From Azolla caroliniana (taxonomy: Eukaryota > Plantae > Polypodiophyta): a stretch of DNA of 64,000 nt. The notes beneath the pieces were generated by a model that saw only the letters and a list, made by a program, of their open reading frames with translations, ran no database searches and had not been told where the DNA came from. Position 1 is the first letter of the stretch. Every line of letters starts with the position of its first letter. Shown one piece after another: positions 24,430 through 37,429 of this stretch. The DNA is taken from assembly GCA_043228905.1 (NCBI GenBank), contig JBHGNT010000017.1, forward strand, positions 15,996,001 through 16,060,000, given 5' to 3'. The position numbers were made by a program, and so were the translations under genes.

Positions 24430-26360
24430 GGAAAGCACTATTTGCCTCCCCATTTTGGCTATCCCCCCCCCTAAATTTATAGAAAGTAGTATAACCAAAT
24501 GAAATTGTTTATTAATTAATTAATAAACTCAGCATAGCTCATATTCTCGCATATCGCAAGTGCGTGCATTGTGACCAACTTGACCACATTTGGAACATTT
24601 GGAACATTTGCGACTGGTAGAGTACTCAAATAGTGACTTCTCCCTTTGGTTGGCCTTTTTGTTCTTCGACCCTGCAGGGCGACCTCGCTTCCTAGTCACC
24701 ACCAATGGATTGGAGAGAGACTGGAATGGTGCCTGACTTGCTTCATCCAATCGTGTCATGAGAATAACAACTTGGTCATCGTCAATTTCATACAATCTTT
24801 GCTCGATGTTCCTCATCAAACGCTTTCTGGGAGACAAACATGGCTCATCTATAGCGACGGGTTGAACCACTGAACACGCAATTAAGTGCCATTGACGGTG
24901 AATATCTTCAATATGGAATCTTTCATCTATTTGGATGCATCTCAAAATGTCATGACAACATGGGACACCAAAACTTGATCGAAACAACCACGTACATTCA
25001 TCACCATAATCGTTGTCAATAACTTTCTTGTACTGCTCCAGTAACTTGTCTAATGCATGTTTGGATATCTTCTTTACCAGCGGCCTTATGAACTCGACTG
25101 CATGTCGATGTGCCTGTGTAGACTTGTCAGACTCCATTTTGGTGTTCAATTCTGTCAGCTGTGTCTCTAGTAGTAAACGGATTTTCTTGAATACAATGAA
25201 CAGATCATTATTTACAATGCCTAAAACCCTCTTGACGACATAATGGTTGGCTTCACTACGAGAGGTGTTGGTCATTCCAAAGTGGGGGAAGCGACCAATC
25301 CAATAACGTACAATCTTGTCTTTGTGAATCAGCCAAGTCTCGTATACATACTACACCAGCACATCATGACTTGGTCGCCATTTCGTTTGAAACGTGGCCC
25401 AGTTAGCCTCAAAATCTAGCTCGCTTGAAGAGTATAGAAGCTGGTTCCAGTCGTCCATATAGGCGTTTGTGTCGTCGGTGCTTGCAAACTTCATCGTTGC
25501 ATAGGCCAAAATGTTTTTGTTGACATGCCAGATGCAAAGCAAATTCTTTGTAGAAGGGAACACGATAGCAATTGCGGTTATCAAGGCAAGTTCTCGATCA
25601 GTTACAACTACTGATGGGTTTGTCACAAATTTGAATGACTGTAGCGCCCAAACATACATGGGTTCCGTCTCGTTGCATATGAACGCAAATCCAACATTGA
25701 ACGTGCTATTTGTGGCTGTAATTCCATCGATGTTGAGCAATGGCATGCCAAATCTATTCGTTTTGAAGTGCAATCCATGACATATACGACATTGAACCGT
25801 ATGGCAAGATCTGCCGACTTTTGATGACAAAAGAAAAGGCCATTGATTGAGCCGTTCGGGTTCACCTTGACATTGAAGATAAAGTTGCCAGTGGAGATCT
25901 CATCGTACAGTGCTTGAATTGGCGAGCGCCCGTCAAGAAACTCGGCTCTTACAACCACTTTTTCGTTGTAGATTTCTTTCCTAATGATCCATTGATTTTT
26001 GGTTTTTTCTTTCAAGTAGGCCAGAGTTGAAGCCGCACCAGTTCCAACATTTGCCATGTCTCGAACAATGGCTTTTTCTGTTTCAGTTAGTCTACGAGCC
26101 GTTGATATACCACCGAGATTGTTAGAAATAGGATGGTTGTGCGCAATAGCTGCCTTTTTAATAGTCCATTGTCCCGTTTTCTTCGAGAAGTTTGCTCTAA
26201 CGAAGAATGGGCAATCCATTAGACGAGTCCCCGTTTGTCAAAGCTCCTCTCTCAATGAAGGTTTTATCGATAATTGAAGCTGAAGACGCTTGTTGAGACA
26301 TGTTGCTGAACGAGGTGAGAACTATCAGAAATTGTAAAAAAAATGGAGGGGGTATAAAAT
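24430..26360 (-). mobile_element. MULE (Mutator-like, Hop/Jittery-type) transposase pseudogene
   Basis: CPF..HNH (FAR1-type DNA-binding domain), MDCT-FKTNRFGMPL, VTDRELAL, LLCIWHVNKN, TSRSEANH, SWIM-like GVPCCH, RGRP hook and CSKCGQVGHNARTC. Frameshift and stops present. Confidence 0.9.
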
Positions 26361-26498
26361 ACCATAACTCTTTAGCTTAAGTTCTATTTTATTTTAACTT
26401 TTGATAAATGGGTAAATAACCCATTTTTGTTGTAAACCAATTGTCTCATGGGCCAATTCTGGTCTTAGAAGACATTAATATATCTTTCTTTCTCTCTC
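26361..26498 (+). mobile_element. 3' terminal module and TC tail of LINE copy 2
   Basis: Matches 20325-20486 and 39683-39837 (TTTAGCTTAA..GGGCCAATT..TTAGAAGAC.TTAATATATCTTTC). Confidence 0.9.
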
Positions 26499-26784
26499 AA
26501 CCAAAAGTAAAAATCGGCAACGGTTCGATTCGGTTCAAGAGGGTCAAAACTGAACCATTTAAAATTTTAGAAACCTGAACCGAACCACGAAACTGTTAAA
26601 CCGAACCATTAAAAAAAATTCAAACTGTTAAGCCAATTAACTGGTAAAACTGCCGTTCCGTGGTTCGGTTTCGGTTTTTAGTTTAGGTCAAAATTTAAAA
26701 TATAAAATATTTCATTATTTAAATTTTCAAAATTTTCCTAAAATGTGAGAATGAGACATGAAAATGAAAACATGGTTTAAAAAC

Positions 26785-29700
26785 TGTTATAGAATAGAGT
26801 GATTAAGTAAGATCAAAGAGTGATTAGATATTAATCAAGATCACAATACACTATCTAGATAGAGCTCATAGGCTATGCTCATCTCTATATCTTCAAAATG
26901 ATTGAGATACATAAGTTTTATGACTCACAAGATGATGGGATGCATGCATACTATTTACATTATGAAGTCTTGTTAACTAGAGTTTAAGACTAAGGTAAGT
27001 ATAGCATGACTCATGTTATGCATGATTTCATAACACTCCCCCTCATCTCATCATCAATTGTTTAGCTCATCAGCTCTGATAATCTTTTGAGTCCAAGAGA
27101 AGGAATGTTTAGCCAATGTTTTGATGCAGGTAAACTTTTGGTAAAAATATCCGCCAAGTTCTTGCTTGATTGAATAGGTTGTATGTTGATATAATTATCA
27201 TTAAGCTCACGAGTAAAGAAAAACTTGGGAGAAATATGTTTGATTCAATCCCCTTTAATGAAGCCTTTCTTGATTTGATTAATGCAAGCATAATTATCTT
27301 CATAGATAATTGTTGGTAATGAGGGGCTAATAAAACCGCAAGAACTTTCAATATGCCCCTTTCAATACGCTCGATTAAGCATTGTAACCATAGGCATTCT
27401 CGGCTTGCTTAATGTAATACCAATATCTCAGCATGATTTGACGATGTTGTAGCCAATGTTTGCTTTGTTGATCGCCAAGAGATCGTCGTGCCACCAACAA
27501 GGAAAACATATCCTGTTTGTGATTTGCCAACGTGAGGGTCAGATAAAAACCCAGCATCAGAATAACCAGTCAATTGACCGTGCATAGAATCGTTGGTAAA
27601 GAAAAGACCCATATCTTGAGTGCCTCGTAAATATCGGAAAATCTGTTGAATTCCAATCCAATGTCTTCTAGTAGGATCGTGACTATATCGAGCCAACAAA
27701 TTGACAGCGAACGAAATGTCTAGACGCGTACAATTGGCCAAGTACATAAGAGCACCAACAACAGCCATGTAAGGATATTGTGGTCCCAATGCTGACTTGT
27801 TAGAAGATCTTGGCTGAAATGGGTCACGAGAAGGATCCAGAGAGCGCACAACCATAGGAGTTCTAATATAATGAGCTTGATCCATAGAAAACCGTTTTAA
27901 TATTTTATGGATATAAGAGCTCTAATGAAGAAGAATTCCATTGGATAGGTGCTCGATCTGAAGACCCAAGCAGAATGTAGTTAAACCGAGGTCTTTCATT
28001 TCAAATTGGCATCTAAGCATAGCAACAACATCTTCAATAGCATTGGATGTTCCAATAATATTGAGATCATCAACATAAATAGTGATGATGACAAATTCTT
28101 TGAGATAATGCTTGATAAATATACAAGGACAAATATCATCATTCTTAAATCCATGAGAAAGAATATATTGAGAAAGATGTTGATACCACATACGACTGGC
28201 TTGTTTAAGTCCATAAAGTGACTTACATAACTTGATCGATGGATTGAGAAAATTTCCAAGCTGCATAGATTTGCAAAGTTCTTCAGGTATCTTCATGTAT
28301 ATATCTTTATCCAAATCACCATAAAGATAGGTTGTATCCACATCCATGAGACGCATATGAAGACTTCGTTGAATAGTGAAATGAATCAACCAACGCAAAT
28401 TTTAGAGACATAGACTAATGTAAGCATTAGATAAGGATAGAAAATAGATAAATAGATAGAAAGGGGAGAGAGAAAGAAGGGTGCCGATCCACCGACCACC
28501 CCCGAGTGAAGGGATCGAGACGGACTCGAGCCTCGATCGGCATCCCATACCACCGTCGTGGCGTCGAGTCGTACTTGGTGCTGGCGCTCGCTACAAGAGT
28601 TGGCCCACCGCAACACAGATTCTCGACGTAGTCAACAAGATAATGAAATGAGGGTAGTTAGGCCTCTATTTATAGCAATACCCAATGCCCCCAGCCATGT
28701 TCACACTTGGCCTAATGGGTTGTCTCAATCCCGAGGATTTAAAGTAATCCTCCCCTTCTTTACACTCTCGTTTAACCCTCACACTTATCCACGTGTATTG
28801 AATACTACGGTAACTTCTGACCACGAGATATTATATGGTCATGCCCGTAACAAAAAACTCGTTGCATCCATAACCGGAGAATATGTATCGGTATAATCAA
28901 TACCAAATCGTTGCGTGAAACCTTGAGCAACAAACCTTGCCTTATAATGGGTAACTTCTCCTTTATCATTATGCTTCCACACAAAAACCCAACGATAGCC
29001 AACAAGTGTATGACCAATAGGCGTCTCTTGAATTTTACCAAAAACTCCTCGTTTGAGAAGACTATTTAGCTCAGCTTGAATAACTTCTTTCCTCTTATCC
29101 CAAAAAGGGGATGCTTTTGCTTCTTCAATAGTTTGAGGATCAGATTCATTCACAAAAGTTGTTGCAACATAGAAAATGAAGATATCATAAACCTCTTGTC
29201 GTGTTATTAACTTAGAATTAGTATAATTAGCAATTGGAGACTCTTCACTAATTATCCTATTTGATACTATAGGAACTTCAATCTCAGCCTCAATCGTTGG
29301 TTTTCGCTTTCTTAATTGTTTATCCTTTGCTCCAATAGGCCGTCCACGCTTCCTTTGAGATTCTACAACATGTGCCGGTGATTCACCAATCAAAATTCGA
29401 GCAAGCACATTCATAGCAGGATTAATCTCGGAGACCTTCATATTGAAAGTGTCAACAAAAGCATTTGGTGCATTGTTGGCAATACTTTGTAGATGTAATA
29501 TTCGTTGAACTTCTTTCTCCCCCTCTCTAGTATAAGGATCTGGTGGCACTGGTTTATCCTTGGGCCAATTAAACATTAGACTTTGATCAATCTTTCCTGA
29601 TGTTTCTCTTTTCCAGTTATCTTCCCCTAAAATTGGGAAAGTTGATTCATCAAATTGGCAATCGGCGAAGCGAGTTGTAAATAAATCGCCAGTTGTAGGT

Positions 29701-32103
29701 TCGAGATAACGGATGATTGAAGGAGAGTTGAATCCCACATAAATTCCGAGATGACGTTGAGGACCAAGTTTCCTACGGTAATGTGGAGAAATAGGAACAT
29801 AAACTGCACAACCAAATACTCTTAAATGAGAAACAGAAGGTGGAAAACCTATCATGAGTTGATGGGGAGAGTAAACATGATATGATGATGGCCGTAGTCG
29901 GAGAAGTTGCGATGCATGAAGTACTGCATGTCCCCATGTTGAACTAGGCAAATTTGATTTGAGAAGAATTGGCCGCACAATTACTTGAATTTGTTTAATC
30001 AAAGATCCATCCATACCATTTTGAGTGTGAACATGAGGAGTTGAAACTTCAAAATTAATACTAATAGATTCGCAATAGCGAATAAAGGTTGTTGATGTAA
30101 ACTTGGCAACATTGTCCATCCGAATCGACTTAATTGGAAAATCTGGGAATTGAGCACGCAACTTGATGATAAGGATGAGGAGTCAAGGAAATGCCATGTT
30201 GCGAGTAGAAAGAAGTGTGACGTGAGAAAGACGCAACGAAGCATCTTTGACTCCCATGAAGTAATAAAATGGTCCAAAAGGAGGGTGTATTGGTCCATGG
30301 ATATCACCATGTATATGCTCCAAAAGTTTCTGGTGACTCACACAGTTCCTTGTGCAAGAAAGGACGAATCACCAACTTTCCTTGTGCACATGGAACACAA
30401 AGACAAGTTTTAACTTGATTCGAGTGTTCCAACTTTAAAGGTAGATATTGAACATTATTGAGCATTCTCCTAATCATTGTATGGCCAGGATAACCTAGTC
30501 TATCATGCCAAAGATCCATTATATCAGTATTGACCTTCGAGGAGATATTGGAGTAGTGGGCAAATGAAGCCATGTGGATCTTCGGGGTTTTAAGATTGAA
30601 ACAATACAATTGATTTGGTAAAACTTCTAACTCATCAATAACTTGGGTAGTATTTGATAGTGCTTCACAATTCGCATTATCTCTTTCCCATCTTGTTCCC
30701 ATGTCATGAGGTTGTATCCATTGCGTCACACATATGTTGGCTTCGGGCTCGAATTCCAAAGGTTGATCCATAAAACTATATTCTAAGATTAGAATTGATG
30801 GTGAGATCGTTGATGATTTTGCTACCATATTAGCCTCTGGTTTCGTACCTCGACCTTGCTTGCCATACTTCTGGTAAAGATCAACATGAAACTTAGAGGT
30901 TCGGCAAGTATTTTCCAATGCCCTCATAAACCACATCGAAGACATGAATTCGATGAAGGTTTATCTTGACTTGACTTTGATTGATGATGCATTTGCTTGA
31001 CTTGATTACTTGTAGGATATTGTTTCCTTTGTTGAATCTTTCTTCCTCCTCTTCCTCTTCCTCTTCCTCGATTCTGTGCATATGGGTGTTGATGACGATG
31101 TTGTCGTCTAGAATAATTACTCTTGACATGCGAAAAATCCTTGAATTGTAGAGGAGCCACAAGTTGACTAACTGGATGAAGTTTGTCGTTCTTGAGGAGA
31201 ACTTGGTGGTGTTACTCAATGACAAGAAGTACAAATAAAAGTTCAACATATGTTTTAAAAGATTAAAATTTGCATAAAAATTCAATGACAAGATCAAAAT
31301 TTGAGGAATGAAAAGTACTTAACGTTTTTTTTATTAGATTCGCCTCTTGAACAAGGTTTTCATGACCGCAAATTTTAAGTTTAGAAACGATACCAAATAG
31401 TGAGGAATTATATTCAACAACTGTCTTGAAATCTTGAAAGCGAACTTGATTGCATGCATGCAAATTATTGGGACCGAGAACAGTTCGTTGATGATCAAAA
31501 TGGGCTTTGAGTTGTTTCTAGAGAGTTGATGGATTCTTGATGGAGAAGTATTGATTTTTGGAGGCTTAGAGCTTGAAGGTGATGAAGGATGAAGATGAAC
31601 GCTTTCGCCCTGTTCTTCCTAGTATTTGAATTCTCCGCATCATTAAAATGATCACTTATCGTATGAAGGATATCTTTTGCCGTGAGATGGCCTTCGACAT
31701 GAACCATCCAAGTCATATAATTGGACCCATCCAATGTAACTGGCAAGAATAAGCATTTATCTATTTGTAGAGCTTGAGAAGTCATGCTAATGGTAACAAT
31801 AAGGTAGATTAATATAAGAGAATAATTATAGAGGCTAATCGTGCTGATAACGTGTTATAGAATAGAGTGATTAAGTAAGATCAAAGGGTGATTAGATATT
31901 AATCAAGATCACAATACAATATCTAAATAGAGCTCATAGGCTATGGTCATCTCTATATCTTCAAAATGATTGAGATACATAAGTTTTATGACTCAGAAGA
32001 TGATGGGATGCATGCATACTATTTACATTATGAAGTCTTGTTAACTAGTGTTTAAGACTAAGATAAGTATAGCATGACTCATGTTATGCATGATTTCATA
32101 ACA
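26785..32103 (-). mobile_element. Full-length decayed Ty1/copia of the Bianca lineage
   Basis: 251-bp LTRs at 26785-27035 and 31853-32103 (about 7 mismatches), PPT TGAGGGGGAG and PBS CGTTATCAGCACG. Motifs WHDRLG, VHTQNG, KLGPQR, YLEPTTGDLFT, MVVRSLD, TSSNHAEI. Confidence 0.95.
28400..28852 (-). mobile_element. Solo gypsy LTR (family of the 58443 LTR) in the Bianca RT
   Basis: Minus strand starts TGTTACGGGCATGACCATATAATATC, as at 58443. Host MDATS|..RWLI rejoins; flanks TTTTT / TTTGC. Confidence 0.9.
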
Positions 32104-32533
32104 AAAAAAAAAAAAAACAGTTAAACCGTTTAAACCGCGGTTTCTAACTATTGAAACAGAACCGAACCTGAACCGTTTAAACCGGTAAGCCGTGGTTTCG
32201 CGGTTCGGTTCGGTTTCGTTGCCGATTGTTAGCTAGAAGGCAAGGAGGAGAAGCAAGGAATAAGGCTATTTCTGTAATTTGGAGAAAATAGGAGGCCAGT
32301 TTAGGAAGAAGGCCCTCTGCTCTACTCCTTCCTTCTGTTCTCTCTCTCTCTCCTCTCCTCTGCACTTCCTCTGTTCTGCTCTGTTTCTCTGTTTCTCCAT
32401 CTCCATCTCCGTTTGCTTCCTGCTCCTTCTTGTTGTGCTGCTGCTTCTATCTGTATCTGCATCTGCATCTGCGTCTCGGAAGCCGCCGAAGCTCGCCACA
32501 TCGCCATCTTCTCTTCCTCCCCGCTCTGCAACA

Positions 32534-32556
32534 ATGAATCCTGAATAGTCAGTGCT

Positions 32557-32597
<41 letters not shown>

Positions 32598-35461
32598 ACA
32601 CACACACACACACACACAGATATGCAGATGTGCATGCGCATGCCCAGAGATCTGATTGCTCGCCCCTTCTCTTGCTACTCTTTGCATCTAGATCTCTGTA
32701 TCTGGATCCCTGCTTTGGGTTTTCCCCATTTCATTATGTTTTTATTGTAGTAATCACGGAATGGCTTCCAGAACGGATCTGTAAATCACAGCAACATCTC
32801 AAATCGAGTTTTTTTCTCTCTCTCTTTTCTAACATGTATAGATATGTATCTATGCGTATGCATTCATATCAACATCTGTCTAGTGCATATCTTTGCTATT
32901 GATCTGTATTTATGTATGCATGGATCTATGCAGGACATAAGTCTGTATGTGTGCTTTTAGTATGTATACATGCCAGAAGTATGTATGTGTAGCAACAATG
33001 ATTACTCTTCTGCTCATTATTGTTGCGATTTTCCATGCATTTCTTGAAGACTGGGGGTGCTGCTCCTGCCCAGTATTGCACAGTCATTCCTGTAAGAAGT
33101 GATTTTCTATGCATTTGTGAAGTTTGTCTCGGATAATCTTTTCTATCATTCTGTAAATCATGTCTTAGAAGGTTTCTTGTTGCATTGTGAATACTGACGA
33201 AATTGAAACAAAATCAACCGTTTATGATGATCTGAATCTGGTCTTAGAAAGCCCCTTATGGCATGAATATCGTCTAAGAAGGCCTTCTTATTTTTTCTTG
33301 TAGTGATTACCTTTTCAAGTTACTACTCATTGGTGATTCTGGTGTCGGAAAATCATGCCTTTTGCTTCGGTTTGCGGTAAGGACATTTTTTATTAGCCAC
33401 TGACTGCTCAAAGATGGATGAATTCCCTCATCAAATCTGAGCTAGTTTTTCTTTATGAAAAGATTTTGTTCAAATCTAACTTCAGAAAACATGATTTCAG
33501 GATGATTCCTATCTGGAGAGTTATATTAGTACCATTGGTGTCGATTTTGTGAGTCTTATCTGGCTCTTCACCACAGCTCAATACCATTTTGTCATATGTA
33601 CAATGGCATATCTAAAATCAAATCTTCATTCTATCATGTGTGTCTTACAATGCCAAGTTTGGCTTTGAAATCATGCTTTTGCAGAAAATTCGAACGGTAG
33701 AACTGGACAGCAAAACCGTTAAGCTTCAAATCGTGAGTTACCATTACTTGGAAATGTGGTTTATGTGAAAATTTTGGCCATCCATGGAAAACATTAGTAG
33801 CGTGGACAGAATGTTCTTGCATGTTTAAATAATTTGACACAGAGAGAGAGGTACATACATCTATATATGCCTACATCTACACACATATATGTGTAAAGCT
33901 CTGGGGAAATACAGGAAGAAAACTTTCATCATACTAAGAAAATCTTGCTTAACTTCAATATTCAGAATATAGGATAGTTTATTTACAATGGATTTTAGTA
34001 CCTATCTCGTTCACTAGGATGAAAGGTTGTATGATTGTTATTTAGACTTCAGTTTGCAATTTTGTTTCCTTCGGGCATTCAGAAGAGATGCTTGCAAATC
34101 ATCTGTTACGATTGAGATTTCTATTAGGGAAAAATTCCAAAAATATCCCTTAATCTCTCCTTACTTCCTCACTGCTCCTAAGCTTTCTTTCGTAGCTTCA
34201 ACCTTTGAAAGAGCAATTATGTTTGCTATTCTAAGAATATTTTGATAAACCATCCTCAATTTCTCAATTGTGTGCTATTTTTTCAACATATGTCCTTTCA
34301 TTCCCTTTTTCTGAATTTTGAGTGTTGGTCAAGGGCTTTTGGGGAAATAATAAATACATAGGGGCCTTGGGGGAAATAACAAATACTTGGAATTCAGAGA
34401 GGTAAACAGAAACTTAGAGGTATTTCAGAGTTTTTCTATTTCTATTTCTAATGATAAAAAGTTGAGCGGTTCTACTTTGGACTTCTAATGCAGTGGGACA
34501 CTGCTGGACAAGAGCGATTCAGGACAATTACTAGTAGCTACTACAGGGGAGCACATGGAATCATTGTATGTATACCCTCTGATTCTCAACTGTAGAAACC
34601 TTATTCTTTAGGGTAAGCAAGATTTTTTATAGTGTGCAATATGATTCCTTTGCAGATTGTCTATGATGTGACAGATCAAGAAAGCTTCAACAATGTGAAG
34701 CAATGGTTGAATGAGATAGATCGTTATGCAAGTGAGAATGTGAACAAACTTTTGGTGGGCAATAAAAGCGATTTAGCAGCCAAGAAAGTAGTTGATACTC
34801 AAACTGCCAAGGCAAGAACACATTTTTCTCTTTTTTCAGTCATATGCTTACGCCTATTATGCTATTGTTTTCAGACGGCTAGTTTTAGAGTTATTGTAAA
34901 GTGTTATGCTTCATGGTGAACAAGTTCTTGTGCTGCTGATTTATTTTATGTGATCAGTAATTCTTCTTTCTCGTTTTTGGGTCTCTGAATGTTAAATTCA
35001 TCCTCACATTTGCAAACAAGAGGCAGTGCCTCACATTCTGTTTTCCACATAATGTCTTGACTCTTTCTTCGTCTGGTGGTTAAAGGCATTCGCTGACGAA
35101 ATTGGGATTCCTTTCCTGGAAACTAGTGCAAAGAATGCAACAAATGTTGAGGAAGCTTTCATGACAATGGCAGCAGAAATCAAGAACAGGTGAGGAGTTG
35201 CAGGAACACATTCATTAGCATGTCAGGCATCATTTCACATAGAAATGTCGCTTTTCGCATGCTACTGAAGCTGAGTCTAATATTTTCATTATGAATTAGA
35301 AGTTGTCCTTAAAATTGGTTGGTCCACCTATACAAACTAACAATGTAATGTCTCTATGGATGCGTAGAATGGCGAGTCAACCTACAGCAAACACCGGCAA
35401 ACCGAAGCTTGTATCAATGCATGGGCAGCCACTTCAGAATAAGAGTGGCTGTTGCTCCTAA
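32534..35461 (+). CDS. RABD2: RabD2/RAB1-type small GTPase, 202 aa. Exons 32534-32547, 33304-33376, 33501-33548, 33685-33732, 34494-34565, 34656-34811, 35086-35189, 35368-35461
   Basis: [45 protein letters not shown] and C-terminal GCCS. Exons sum to 609 nt in frame. Confidence 0.96.
34126..34437. mobile_element. Mutator-like MITE in Rab intron 4
   Basis: Exact 9-bp TSD ATTTCTATT (34117-34125 and 34438-34446) with degenerate TIRs AGGGAAAAATTCCAAAAATATCCCT / AGAAAAACTCTGAAATACCTCT. Confidence 0.75.
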
Positions 35462-37429
35462 CACTCTTTACTGTATGAGTATAAACTATTCCTATCAAAA
35501 AGTCAATATGATATGAATGAATTTGCTACATCAAGTAAAACCACTCTAATCAGCATTTTGTACAGCTCAATCTAAGATCCTCTCTTTGATTAATGAAACA
35601 TTTTGGGATGGAATTCTTATTAAAGCCATCCATAGTTGCATTCCTTAATTGTGCTAAATCTGTGATATTGATAGATTTATTGTTTTGTTTAAATGTATAA
35701 TGGTGCATTATTTTGATACTCAAGGGAATGGAAGTAAACTATTTTTGAGTCTGATTAATGGATGTAAAACTTTAAGATTAGGGAAAGACTCACATTATTT
35801 AATATTTTGTCCAAATGCCCCTGTTCAACTCCCCCAAAGAGAAAGGGGACGAATTGATCATATTATTTGTCTAATAGCACATATAATTGAGAAAGGATTG
35901 GCCATTTAATTGTCCAAATAGTGCATTTAATTGCTCATGTGAGTGTTCACTTGAGTTTATTGTTTGTCTTAATGTATGGTGGGTTAGATATCGTTAATTG
36001 TATATTGTAATGTTTACAACAATTGATGATGATGCTTGCATTTGTTTTGATGGGATGTTGGTTATATATTAAGTATGAGTTAAGTTCATAAGACACAATG
36101 ACATGTTTGCAATCATTAATGATTGGATAATTGCATTTGTATTATAGTGATGTTTGTTTGGATCACTCTTATATAAATAGTATGGGTTGAAATATAATAG
36201 GCTCTTTAACTTCATGGAAAGCATGTTGTACGCATTAAATTGTCAACTTCAATGTGTCAACAGATTTAATATTCTTTTGCATCCTTTGTTTCTGGCTGGG
36301 GATATTGGCAATGTTTGTGAAAAAGGATGACAACCAATGTCAATCGGAGAATAATGGTCATCAGGGAAGGTGCCTAGTTTTGACTGGAGACTAGAGTTCA
36401 TTCATTTAATGTTCCAGGAAAAGCTCTATAAACTTTCATGTTGTCCATTGTGCATTATCCACACTTCTAGTAAATCACTTGTGGATAAATTACTTGTTGG
36501 GATATCAACGAAATTGCTCATATAGTTATAAGAGAGATGGGTTAATATTAGTGAAAGGGGAACGAATGGTATGACCACTTGAGACAATGATGATATATGA
36601 AATGAAGACAATTGACTAATGATTAACTTGGAGCAAGTTAGGATTATGAGGTAACTAATTTGGAGGATGTTGTATGTTTTTGACAAAAAGGTTACGACAT
36701 TCAAAAGTTTATACTTGGGCCTATCTATTGGTTGCCTTTACATGATCAATAAGATTATAATTCCACACATAGTGTGAGGGACATGCTTGATGTATTTTAC
36801 GGAGGTCTTGGGTTTGGGCTTACGTTCATAAGCTCTAAAAATTTGGATTGGCTCTATCTTATGTCTTGACATGTGCAAAATCTCTCCTTATCTTTGTATC
36901 ATTGTGACATAATATGCTCATAAGAGTTAAGGGGTGTGTCAACAAAAGTATAAGAGAATTCCACAAAAGCTAACGTGATGATATATGAAGACACATTTGA
37001 CACCATAAGGGAGTTGTGTGAGTCTATGTGTCTTGATTGAACTTGTACGCCATTGTTGGCATAATAAGAAGATGTTCTTTATGGAAAACCATCTTTGTTT
37101 GGTTCCTTTCAAGTCCTATAAATATATAATCTAATGATGATGATGCCTAGACACCCTTATGCATAACGATGATGAACGAGTGAATTTATGCAATACTAAA
37201 ATGGAGCATATTAGTCATTGTATTCACATGCATGTGCCATCCATCATTGTATGGAATCTCATCCTTTGTACAAGTGAGACCACACTACATGATACCTACC
37301 TCATGCCATTTGTCTCTAAAGCCCTATCATTCTCCCTATATAAGTATGAGCTATACAGGAGGGCATGAATGGATTAATGGATTCAAATTTGAGGTCCATT
37401 TGTTTCTAGTGATCCTAAGGGAACATATC

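Larger units (their letters stand above)
26508..32231. mobile_element. hAT-like non-autonomous element (about 400 bp) split by the Bianca copia
   Basis: TIRs TAAAAATCGGCAACG / CGTTGCCGATTGTTA (14 of 15), many CCGAAC/GGTTCG subterminal motifs, and a possible decayed 8-bp TSD ACCAAAAG / GCTAGAAG. Confidence 0.75.

Noticed and set aside
24529-26219. Domesticated FAR1/FRS host gene
   Set aside because: Frameshift, stops and placement inside a transposon nest indicate a dead transposase.
32177-32902. Short ORFs around the Rab 5' end
   Set aside because: They span 5' UTR and intron microsatellites and show no domain signal.
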